Under the pieces are notes generated by a model that saw nothing but the letters and a program-made list of their open reading frames with translations, was not told the DNA's origin and did no database searches. A DNA stretch of 64,000 bases from Lama guanicoe (taxonomy: Eukaryota), in contig MU057202.1 of NCBI GenBank assembly GCA_013239625.1, forward strand, positions 3,609,101 to 3,673,100. The letters are read 5' to 3'. The position numbers were made by a program, and so were the translations under genes. Of the stretch, positions 23,168 to 33,835 are shown piece by piece. Position 1 is the first letter of the stretch. Each line of letters starts with the position of its first letter.

Positions 23168-25384
23168 CTTTACCACGTGTGAGTCTTCCCTCCCAGCTGG
23201 CCCGCAGCCCCGTGGGCAGGGCTCCTCCCGGATGGCACCCCCGCCCTTGAAAATCAGAAGCCCAGCTGCAGGGCCCGGGCCCAGGAGGCGGGTAGCTTGC
23301 GCCTCACGAACAAGGGAATCTGCACGGAATGAGGAGGGCCTTGTAAGGCCATAGGATCCGAGACGGACACAGCAGACACCACGTGCCAGTGGAGAAGTGG
23401 CTTCGTGCTCAGCCCTTGGCGTCTGGGCCCTGGCCTGCATGGCCGTGATCTGGGCTGGCTCCCCAGCCGGCCTGGGTCTCAGGTTCCCTATGGTCAGCTT
23501 GGGTTTCAGGCCTGCGAGAAGAAGCCATCTGCACTCTGCAGGAAGAGCCCCGGCGGGGCGGGCCTGCTACTGCTGGCCGACTCATGGCCTGGGCCACGGG
23601 CGTCTTCCTGCCCGGCTGCCCCAGGCACCTGGTCGGCCCCTTCTCCCCGGCCTCATCCCAAACAGTCGCCGTAGGGTCGCCGTCTGCAGGGTCCTGGTTG
23701 GAGCTCCAAGTCCAAGGCCGTATCCGCAGCCTTATCTCGGTTCCTGGGAACTTCCCCCCGGGCTGGCCACGAAGGTGGCCCCAGAGATACCAGGCGTGGG
23801 GGCGGGTGCCTTCCTGCCCGTGACATGATTCAGTCACAAAAGCAGTTGCTGGTGGGAAAATCAGCCCCACGCCAGCCAGCTGGCCCCACCCAGCGCTGCT
23901 GGGCCTCCCTCCAAAGTTATCTCCCCCTGCCCAGCCCTGCTGGCCGCCTGCTGTCACCGCCAGGATGGACGGGAACGGCAGTGTCCCGCACTTTGCAAGG
24001 TGCTTATAACACATCGCAGCCAAATCCAAGGTGCAGGAGGCTCCTTGCCCGGGGCACCTGGAGCGTCCCCAGCCAGCCTCCCAGGTACTCGCCCAAGCAA
24101 GTCCCTGTCCCCTCCCCTCTGCCCACCGGGGACAATCCCCACACCCCGCTTTGCCTCAGGGCGCTGTTTTGCTCACACACCTGCACTCTCTGTGGGTTCA
24201 TATCAGCCCCCAAGTGTAACCGAATCCAAAAATATTAAACTGGGGCCCATCTGTTGGCCAACTGATGAGCGCAGATGTGCTCTGTATTTCAGAGGCGACT
24301 GGCAGCCCGTCAAGGCTGTTAGAAGTGGCACCTGCTGCCTGCTTCCCCCCTTCCGTCGCCCCTCCCAGGCCCAGGAGCCTGCTGGCCAAAACCACCCCCT
24401 CCTCCCGAAGGTGCTGGCTCCCCCTCAATCAGGACGAGCATCCTGGGCCAGGGCCCGCAAAGAGCCTCACCCACGAGCTGGGAGTGGGAACCCCTGGGCC
24501 TAGCCAGGCCCCTCTGCCCTGAGCCCCCCCTGCGAGCCCTCCACCGGGTTACGGCAGGGAAGGGGCCAGGGCTGCTCTGAAAGCAGGTGGAGGCATCCGG
24601 GTGCCAGGCGGGCCAGCTCGGGGCACTTGCCCCTGCGGTGCCCTCTGCCCAGAGCCCTCCCCAGGGGCCAGGAGCCCCCTCCCACACCTCCTGCGCATCT
24701 TTGCTCAGACGCAGTTGGGATGAGACAAACGTGACTGTTTCTTCCTTTCCTTGAGACTCATACCTGGAGCTGTCTACCTCATGTTACCGACATCTTTACT
24801 GGTCCTATTTCAAGAGGAGAAGAGAAAGGGAAGAGGCAGATGGCTCCTCCTCGGGACAGTGGCATAAGCGGGGGACCAGCCTGGAGGCTGTGACCCGGGA
24901 GTCTGAGGATGGGCAGGACCAGAGGGGCAGAGGAGGGCTGGAGAAGGGGCTGGAGGAAGAAGCCACAGGACTGGCCTGGAGAGGAAGCTAAGGCCGGGAG
25001 CTGTAGGTGGCCCCGCTCCCCTGTGGTCCCCACCTGCTCAGCTCCAGGGACTGCTGGGTGAGAGGTCTGCGTTCATGTGACCAAGCCCCGTGTGGCTGCC
25101 TGTGCCTGTGCCCTCACCCACAGCCCTCTCCTGGCTCGTGGCACTGGGTCCCCCGTCGTCGGGCCCTCGCTGTCTCTCCCTGACGCCGGGGGAGCTTTCG
25201 GCAGTGCGCAGCCTGGGCTGCTGTCTTTCCTGCACTCTGTCCCGGCCGTGCGGGCTCCCCCACTACCACATACGCATGTCTCGGTGCCCCAGGAGTCTCC
25301 TGGTGATTCTGGGGGAGCACGTGCTGAGTCCTAAGGGTGGGCTTCCCAGCTCGAACATTGCCCGTTTCACTCTATTTCACTCAA

Positions 25385-25675
25385 AAACGCTGGTCATAAA
25401 ACCTGCTGAGTGACAGAAGCCAGACACAAAGGCCATGTGGCGTGTGACACCACCTGCACAAAGTCCCGAGGAGGCAGATCCTCAGACAGACAGTGGACTC
25501 GTGGTTGCCGGTGGGGGAGGAGTAGGGAGGGGGCTCCAGTGGGGGACANNNNNNNNNNNNNNNNNNNNNNNNGGGGGGGCTGCCAGCATGTAAGGGGCTT
25601 CCTTTTGGGGTAATGAAAATATCCCAGAACTGGACTGAGCTGCTCCCCTTGTGAAGATGTTGAAACACTTGTGAG
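25385..25675 (+). mobile_element. Old LINE-1 3' end (L1MB-like), interrupted by a gap
   Basis: gctgagtgacagaagccagacacaaagg...ggcagatcc...agacagacagtggactcgtggttgcc...ccttttggggtaatgaaaat. Confidence 0.8.
25549..25572. other. Assembly gap (24 N)
   Basis: Run of N flanked by G-tracts. Confidence 0.99.
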
Positions 25676-25879
25676 CCACTGCCGCACCAGCACCCTTGGG
25701 GTCCCCAGGGACCCTCCACCCTACCCCTCCCTCCAAGACCCCCCCAACCATTCAGCAACTAAAGGTGTGGGGCCAGGTCCAGGGGGCCTCTAGGAACCTG
25801 CTCTGGCCCCGCACTGACAGCGAAGCCCGCTCCAATGACATGCGTATGAGTGTCTGGGTGCGGATGTAACACGTCCCCA

Positions 25880-26230
25880 GAAAGTCACTCTCCCGCAGTC
25901 CTGAAGGCCGGAAGCCCGAGGCCGAGGTGCCGGCCGGGCTGGCTCCTTCTGAGACCGAGGGGGTCTTGTCCCGGCCTCTCCCAGCTCCTGCTGGTTCGCT
26001 GGCAGCTCTGATGGTCTGTGTCTCGTAGAAGCATCACCCCCATCTCTGCCCCGTCATGTGGGCAAATTTCCCCTTTCTGTAAGGACACTGGTCGTGCTGG
26101 GTGAGACCCACCTGCATAATCTCATCTGCCTAACTACAGCCACAAAGACCGTCTCCAAATAAGGCCGGCTTCAGAGGAATTGGGGTTGGGACTTCACAAT
26201 GAATTTGAACAAGACTCAGTTCAGCCCAGA
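25880..26230 (-). mobile_element. MLT1C-like solo LTR
   Basis: gctccttctgag...cctctcccagctcctgctggt...gcatcaccccatctctgcc...taaggacactggtc...tccaaataagg...ggttgggacttca...ttcagccca. Confidence 0.8.
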
Positions 26231-27199
26231 ATGGCTGAAGTCCCTGGCTTCGCAGAGGGCCAGCGTGTGTGGGGATGTGGCAGGATGGTGACAGGGGCTC
26301 GCGGCTCGGACTCTTGGAGCTGGGGCCGCAGAAGCATCTGGCTGTGGGCGCCCAGAGGCCCCTGCTCCCTGGCGCTGCTCGGCTGGCACCTGCCATGCAG
26401 AGTCCTCACTCGCCTCACTCGTGGGGCCCGGACAGGCCCTGGAGGAGCCACTCGCACGCCGTGGGGCCAGTCACATGGGCTCTGGGCGGAGTCACAGCAG
26501 CGCTGATTGAGCACGCCCCCCAGGGAGGTCACTGGTCTGGGCCGCCGGGAGCCCCCCGCCCCGAGTGGCAGCCCCCCGGCCCGGCGCCCGCTTCTGTGGG
26601 ACCCCAGCCTCAGGCCGATGCAAGTCCGCCTCCTGCGTGGGCTTGGGAGGGGCCAGCTGGGCAGCTTCCTGGGGGACCCGCCCAGGGCCACGGGGGGATG
26701 AACTTTCCGTTACTGAGCTGCCTGCACTCAAATTAAGGGTGACTTCCAAGGCCTCTTGGGGCCGAGCAGCAGCTGCAGCCTGGGACGGGCCAGGGCCTGA
26801 GAGGGGTCAGCCGGTCTCCCCGACTCACCTGGGCCGCCCGGAGCTTCCCGGGTGCTCACGTGAGAGGTGGGCAGGCCCCGCGGGTGGCCCGCCTGCGGTT
26901 TACACCGTTCTGATCGTGAGGCTGGGAGGGCAGGCGGCCCTCTGAGGGCTTCAGACCTTGCCCACAGGCCGGAGGGGGCTGACCTCTGCGCGAACAGGTG
27001 CCCCTCACGTCTGTCTCCCTCGACTGTCTGTCTCTCCGCCCCACACCGATCTTGGCTGGGTCCTTCTCCCTCACGCCAGTAGCCCCTTTCCTCAGCCGAC
27101 TGTCCCTTAGGACTGGGACTGGAACACAAACGTCCCCTCAAACTCATCCTTCCCCCGTGTTTGTGCATCTGTAGGGCCCGTGGGCAGAAGGCCACTGTC

Positions 27200-27830
27200 C
27201 TGCCCGCTCCACAGAAAACAATGGCAAGCCAGGCGAAAGGTCAAGGAATACGCATCCCCAGGAGACCGAGCAGGCGTCGCTCCCAGCCGAGACGTGCCGC
27301 AGGCGCCGAGTCTCCTGCGCGGGGAGTTTAAAGTGCCTGTGATTACTCCGTGAGGGCTGTGATGGGGAAGTGGACACTGTGAAGGTCGGGGGGTGGTGAG
27401 AAGAGAGGCACAAATGCCAAGAAAGAGGAAAAAAGACATTCGAGAAACCAGCGTGCGATGGAAGAGAAAACGCCGCCAGGGGCTCGTTCGGGCCGAGGCG
27501 AGGCAGCGAGCCCGAAGGAAAACAGGAATGGGAAACTCCTAAACTGAAACAGAAAGAGGAAAAAGCGAACGGCCAGCCCAGAACACCCAGAGCATCGCAA
27601 GGTGTGGAGCACATGTAACCGAAACATCAGAAGGAAGCGCAAGGAAGGACAGAGCAGAAGAAATGTTTGAAGTAATCGTGGCCAAGAACCTTCCAAACTT
27701 AGTGACGGACACCAAGCCAGAGGCCCTGGAAGCTCAGACAGCGGGCAGGACGAAGGCAACACAGCCAGACCCCACGTCGGGCCCATCACATCCAAACTCA
27801 AGACAACCAGAGACACAGGGAAACGCTGGG
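27200..27830 (+). mobile_element. Decayed LINE-1 ORF1 region
   Basis: A-rich stretch; translation (EE)MFEVIVAKNLPNLVTDTKPEALEAQ resembles the L1 ORF1p motif EKIFEEIIAENFPNL..D...QIQEAQ. Confidence 0.75.
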
Positions 27831-28189
27831 AGGGGCTTCTGCCAGCCGACCCCTCGGCTCGTCTGCCAGCCCCTCGTCAGCAGGCTGGGCGCCTCCCGGG
27901 GTGGGCGGCCCTGGTCACTGGTCTGAGCCAGCAGGGGATGGAGACGGGGGCAGCGGGGGCCGTCGCCACTACCACCTGCAGGGCCAGTGGGCCTGGGGAA
28001 TCTGGGTGGTCGAGGGCCTCACTGCGTCCACCCAGGACCCTCCTCCGTGCGGGAGGCACCTCCCGTGCCCCTGCTGCCCTCTGGCCCTGCCCCCCAGCTG
28101 TGGTCTCTCCTTGGGGGTTGCCACCCTCCATGCCCGGAAGGGTCTTCCTGAGCCTCGGTCTCCCCTCCTGGTCTTCGTGATGGAGACTC

Positions 28190-28900
28190 ACTAACTCGAC
28201 AGACGCTCGCCAAGCACCTGCTGTGTGTCAGTACCGCTCTGGGCCCCGGGGACACTGCACGAAGTGAAACCTGCACTGTGCCAGCTGGTGACAAGTCACA
28301 GAGGAGACACAGGCAAGTATGGGCTGGGGTGCAGGGGGCGCCTGCGGGGACTCCCTGGGGAGCAGGCCTGGGAGCAGACTGGAAGGGAGAGAGGGAGGCA
28401 GAGGGCACAGCCGGTGGGGGCCGGGGCCGGGGTGGCCTTGGTGCTCTAGGCCAGGGCGGAGTGGAAGGGGCCTGGGAGGCGAGGTCAGAGGTCACTTGGG
28501 GTCCGGGTCTTGCCAGGGTGAGGCTGTCGTCAGGGTGAAGGCAGGGACTGGACCGGGTGGTGCCAGGGAGGGGAGAGAGGCTGACTCCGGAGCTGACAGG
28601 TGGGAGGGACTGGGGACTGGGGTGGCCCGAGGTGTGTGGGAGGGGGCTGCTGGGAGGAGGAGGGGCCATGGGGCAGGAGCGGGAGTCACACTGTGGGGTG
28701 GGTGGGAGACACGGGCCTGCAGCCCAGACCCCACAAGCCCTGCACCCCAAATGCGGGAGTGGCCAGAGGGGAGAGGGAGTGGACACAGATGAGATGAGGA
28801 GACCCCAGGGCTGAGTCCTGGACCTTCTGCAGTGGTGAGGGGCCCAGAGGGGCACAGTGTCCTGGAGTTCAGAGAGAAAGGAAGGCGCCAAGGCGGGGTG
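28190..28900 (-). mobile_element. L2 LINE 3' portion
   Basis: Starts with a degraded L2 tail (agcacctgctgtgtgtcagtaccgctctgggccccggggacactgca), followed by a purine-rich L2-like body. Confidence 0.6.
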
Positions 28901-30039
28901 GGGGCCAGAGAGAGGGGTCCTAGGGGGAGAAGGGGCAGCTGGCCTGGCAGCCCACCCTCTCCCGCCTGCTAGCCTGTCGGGCGGGGGGCCCTGGCCCAGC
29001 CTCCCCAGGGGGGGGCTCCCCGAGCCCCAGCCCACCCCACAGCTCTGAAGCCTTGCTTGCATCCTGGCTGGGAAGACTTGGCTCTGAAAATAGGTGCCAC
29101 CTGGAAACGGAGACAGATGGGAAGTGCTGGCCCCGGCCGTCAGCATCCGGGCTCACAGCTGGCTGGCCTGGCAGCGCCCTCGGCTGACAGTGGGCTGGGC
29201 AGGCGGGGCAGGATCCCACGGGGCCCGGAGCATCCCTGGCAGACCAGGAGGCTGGCGACATGATGCACCGGCCCCCCGGTGGCCCCAGCCTCACCTGTAC
29301 TGCCCACACCCCAGACACCTGCCATGCAGTGTGACTTGACTTGACGCCAGCCTTCTGCTCGCTGCACACTTTTGGGCAGGTCCTGTGGCCAGTCTGTCCT
29401 TCCCGCTCCTCCTCAGGCAGCGCCCACCCCACGGTCCAGGCAGTGATCTCAGGAGTGAATATCCGCTGAGTGCCCTGCGCAGAGGGACCCCAGCAGGTGC
29501 TGTGAGGACCGCTGTTCCCGACCCACGGGTCCTTCATCTCCTCGGCTCTGCCCAGGGCCCCTCCCAGGCCCACTGGCCTCCCAGCCCAGCTCAGAGCCCT
29601 GGGGGGCCTCCCTGGGTGGGGGTGGTGAGTCTCCCATGACTCGTTCCTGGACAGGATTATACCTCAGCCCTGCCTGGACCCCAAAGACCTCTGCCCCCTG
29701 GAAACGGGGTACACCCTGCCCTGGCGGTGTCTGGTGTGGCCAGTGCAATGTGGGGGGACAGACGTTTGCCACGGCCAAGCAGCAGCTTCCGGAGTCCCCA
29801 GAGTCTCCCACCAGCCCCCTCTCACCTCTTCATCTGAGCCCAGACTGTCTGAGACCTGTGGGGCCGATTCTGGACCAGTGAGAGCACCACGGCCAGCCTG
29901 TCACTGCCAGCTGGTAACAAGAGAGAGATGTGAACGTGTGAGGCCGGAGCTACGAAGCCGGGGACTGTCCCTGCAGCAGAGCTGACCAGTGCCCGGAGCA
30001 GAGCGAGCTGCCCCAGGCTGCAATGACACTTGTTGAAGC

Positions 30040-30710
30040 AGACTTCATCTTGGTGAAGTATATATACAACAGAATGCGCACATTTTAAGCCAGTTGCTCT
30101 GTGGGAACCAGCAGGTAACCCATTTCTCCAGCCAGGATACAGAGCTTTTCCATCACTTTGTCCCTCCTTGCAGTCAGCTCCCCCCGCCCCAGTTCAATTG
30201 CCGACCTCGCCCTCGTTCTGTGCTGTAAGGATTCTGGAGCGCCATGTGGGCAGAGCATGGGGTGCGCACCTGGCTCTAGGAGGTGGGCCTTCCCCCTTCA
30301 CGTCCCCGCCAGCACGGACGGCAGTCCCAGCCGCTCCACTTCCTCACCGGTGTCTGATGTTGTCAGTGTTTCTGTGATCTGTTTTTAAAAACGTTAGTCT
30401 TTCTAGTGGGTGTGCAGCGAGGGCCTGCGGGGCCCGCGGGGCGCTTTCTCTGGCGACCAGGTCTGGCGAGCGTCTTTTCACGTGTCTGCTGGCCGATCCT
30501 ACGCCTTCTTTCACTGACGCGGCTGAGCTTCGGGCCGCACTTTGCCGGGCTGCTTGCGCATTCACTCCTAAGCTGTAAGAGTGCTTTGTGAGCACCAGTG
30601 CGCGTTCCGTGCCAGTGCATGCCACGCGGTTTCTCTGTGGCTTCCCTTTTCGTCATCCTAGTGGGGTTCTGATGAGTACACGGCTTTAACTTTGATGAAG
30701 CCTCAAGGCA
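30040..30710 (-). mobile_element. Old LINE-1 3' region (L1ME/L1M-like)
   Basis: gaagtatatatacaacagaatgcgcacattttaag...gagcgtcttttcacgtgtctgctggcc...tttctctgtggcttcccttttc...ttaactttgatgaag. Confidence 0.7.
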
Positions 30711-31594
30711 GTGACTTGGAGGAGCCGGCCGCTCTCCAGGAGCCACGTCCTTCCCTCCGTCTGTACATCTGAGTGCCCAGCTCTGCTTTCCAGATGCAAC
30801 CACCGAGGCCCCTGGAGGGTGGCCCTGGCAGTGCCCAGGCTCCGGGTCCGGTGCGCCTGGACGGGGGCGTGCCTGGCAGGGCGGCCCGGGACCGTGCGGC
30901 TCCTCGCCCCAGACCCTCTGTGTTCCCGGCGGCACAGCAGTGTGTCACCCATGACCTTTCTCTTCTCGGTGATGGAGGGCACACAGCTCCACGTCAGTTC
31001 CCACCCTGCTGTTCTTCAGTGTGAATTCCGGCAAATTCTGATTCCTGCTTTTGGAACGACCATAGCCATTTCCAACCCAAACCCTCCTGGGGTGGCCTGT
31101 GGTTCTCACACTGTGAAGAAGACGGCAGGGTGTCTGGGCCCGTGCCCGCGTGCCCCTGCGGACATGGAGCCCCGCGGAGTCCCTGGTCACTATGGGACAG
31201 CCGCTAGATCACACGGGGCAGCTGCCCCCCCAGGGCGTGCAGGGCTGAGCAGTGGGCATCTCCTGAAGCCGCTACCCTGATGCCTCCAGGAGGAGCTGGG
31301 CCCTGGGAGGCTGCCCTCCTACCCCAGGGGCTGGGAAGCCTGGTGCCCGTGGGGCTGGGGGCAGCCTCTGGGCTCCCTGAGCTCAGCACCTGTGTGCGCG
31401 GGACCCAGCTCCGCGGTCCTGAGCGCTCAGGCCCGGCTGCCCCCTTGGCTCAGCGCTCGTGCAGCAAACCCTTCCCTATAGGAGCAGGCGCCAGGCTCAT
31501 CTGCTGAGGACTTGGCGAGAATCTGGACGCTGCCATCCAGCCTGGGGGGCTCTCAGCCAGGGGGGCACCGCGCCTGTCTCGGGGAGGGGTTCAG

Positions 31595-31935
31595 GACAGC
31601 AGACGTCTACTCCCGCCCAGTCTGGAAGCCAGAGTCTGACGCCCAGGCGTGGGCAGGACCCCCTCCCTCCGGGGGCTCTGGGGAGGGTCCTTCCTGCCTA
31701 TTCCAGCTCCTGGGACTTCAGGTGTCCCTGCATCTCTGGCTCTGTCCTCATGGGGCCCCTCCCTGTGGGGCTGGGTCTCTCTCATGAAGACTTCAGGCAG
31801 TGGACGTGGGCCCACCCAGCCCGGGGTGGTCTCACCCCCAGAGCCCTGACTTCACCACCGCTGTGCCCTTTGCCACACGGGCCACATTGACGGGTTAGGG
31901 GGTGGGCGTGGGACTTTGGGAGACTATTCCACCCC
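31595..31935 (-). mobile_element. MLT1B/C-like solo LTR
   Basis: cagtctggaagccagagtctga...ggctctggggagggtccttcctgcc..ttccagctcctgg...catctctggctctgtcctcatgg...gggcccaccc...ctattccaccc. Confidence 0.75.
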
Positions 31936-32689
31936 CGACAGGGGCACTGACGGGACTGAACCAGGGACCCAGAGGGGCTCGGCCACTCTGCCCTCCCAGG
32001 CCAGGCCTTTGATGAGCTGCTTCACCGCTGTCCTGGTTAATTGTGGTCCCAGGGATGTTATGGTCAGCCCGTGTCACGGACGAGGGAAGGGGGTGCAGAT
32101 ACGCCGCGAGTCGGCGTGGCTGAGCCCCTGGACGCCAGCCCTGCCCGGGTGCACATGGTCCCTTGGCCACAGCTCCACACTTCCTCTCCCGGTCATGAGC
32201 TGCCAGCACGGAGCCAGGTGACTGATAACCTCCCGGAACCTTGGCTTCCTCATCTGGGGAAGGGAGATAATGGTCTCCCCAGATCAGCGGAGCCAGCGGA
32301 GGGGAGGGAGGCTCCAACCGGCTGGTTCCTGGGTTCCTCGGTGCGCCTGGTCCCCAGCTCCTGCAACGAACGCCCAGGGTCCCCCAGGGGCTGTGGATTA
32401 AGGCTCCTTGTAATTCATCCCTCATCGGATGGGGCTGGGAATTCCAGACCTGGGTGAGGGGTGAGGACTTGGATCTGGAGGGTGCAAGTCACTCAGGAAG
32501 GACCCCACAGCAGGAGGAGGGGAAGGGAGAAGGGGGTGCAGGAGATGGAGGGCGGAGGAGACTGTGGGGTGGGGGGGTCAGGAGCCCCTTACTCTGTTCC
32601 TCACTCCTCCTCCCCTTTCTCCCTGCCTGCCAAGGGGCAGGGGCTGCAGAAAGATGTAAGCTACCGACAGCCTCGCCTCGTTGCAAAGG

Positions 32690-33000
32690 AAATATTCCCT
32701 GCAAGACATTAAAATGAAGTAAATAAAAGAGATAAAATGGAAATATCAAGGCAGCAACTTCTTCTCCTCTGATCACAAAGCAGGCGACGGAGGGGGGGTG
32801 GCGCGGGCCCTGGAAGTCGCAGCTGCACCGCTGGGCCGGCCTGATAAGGGCCAGGCCGCCTGTGGCCGGGAGATAAGGCCGCGGCGCCGCCTGCCCTCAA
32901 TCCCGCCAGCATCAGCGCTCACACAGCCGCCGCCGCCGCAGACAGCTCCGTGCCTGCGGCCCACGGGCCAAACCTTATTAACCCGCTCGCGGGCATTTAG
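32690..33000. promoter_or_regulatory. Candidate enhancer with tandem half-E-box/GATA composites
   Basis: AGATAA 32730; GTAAATA 32719; GGAAGT 32812; CAGCTG 32820; CTG-N8-TGATAA 32831-32847; CTG-N8-AGATAA 32860-32876; AT-rich block joined to a CpG-rich block; not repeat-like. Confidence 0.55.
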
Positions 33001-33499
33001 GTGCCGTGGGAAGTCCTGACACCCATCACGCTGCTTCTCTCGCCCTCCTCAGCCGACGTCTCCGCGGCTCCGGGCTCACTTGCAAGTGAGGTTTTCAGCT
33101 GCAGGGGAAGGGGGGCCGCGGGGTCCACACATCTGCCGGGGGCGGGGCCCACAGAGGTCACACCTGTGCACCTGCGGGACAAGGCCAGCGAGCAGCAGCC
33201 TGGTCTGCAGGGGGCTGCAGTGATTCCAGATGGGAAGGACTTGACCTGGGCCCGGGGGGCTCTGCAGAGCTCAGGCCGGGGCAGCCACACCCTCCTGACC
33301 CTTTGTGTGTGGAGAGCAGCCATCAGCCCGCTGGCAAGGATGGAGGCTGAACACACCCCACACAGACAGAGGACAGTGACGGGCTAGGGGAGTGGGGGCG
33401 CGATGAGGGCCACCCAGCCGTTCTGCTCGGACCCTCCCATCTCCTTGGTGAGAAGCCCGCCCCACAGGCCCCAGCTCCTCTCCTGAACTTGGCACTAGT

Positions 33500-33835
33500 T
33501 TGTTTTTATGCCGAGCTTGCTCTGCGCAGGGCCTTTGCACGTGCACCTGCCTCCTAGGAGCCCTTGTCCCCCAGATGTCCACTGGCTCCTTCTCACCTCC
33601 TTTAAGCCTTTGCTCAATGCCCCCCTCCTCAGAGAGGCCCTCCTTGACCACCCCTTGCCCCCTCAATGGTATCACCCACACACACACACACACACTCATA
33701 ATGCAGGCACCTCGGGCAAAGGTGTTTCTGTCCACATTGTCCACTGCTACAACCCCAGAGCTCAGAACAGCACCTGGCACGTGGGAGCTGTCTGGTGATG
33801 TTTACTGAGTGAAGGAGGAAGACTGCGGGGGCACC
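33500..33835 (+). mobile_element. L2 LINE 3' end, containing a short (CA)n
   Basis: cagggcctttgcac...ggctccttctcacctcctttaag...ctcctcagagaggccctccttgaccacc...agaacagcacctggcac...tgtttactgagtgaa. Confidence 0.85.

Noticed and set aside
28019-29146. 375-aa minus-strand ORF
   Set aside because: Pro/Ser/Ala-rich low-complexity translation over L2-like sequence with no recognisable domain; long stop-free frames are expected at this GC content
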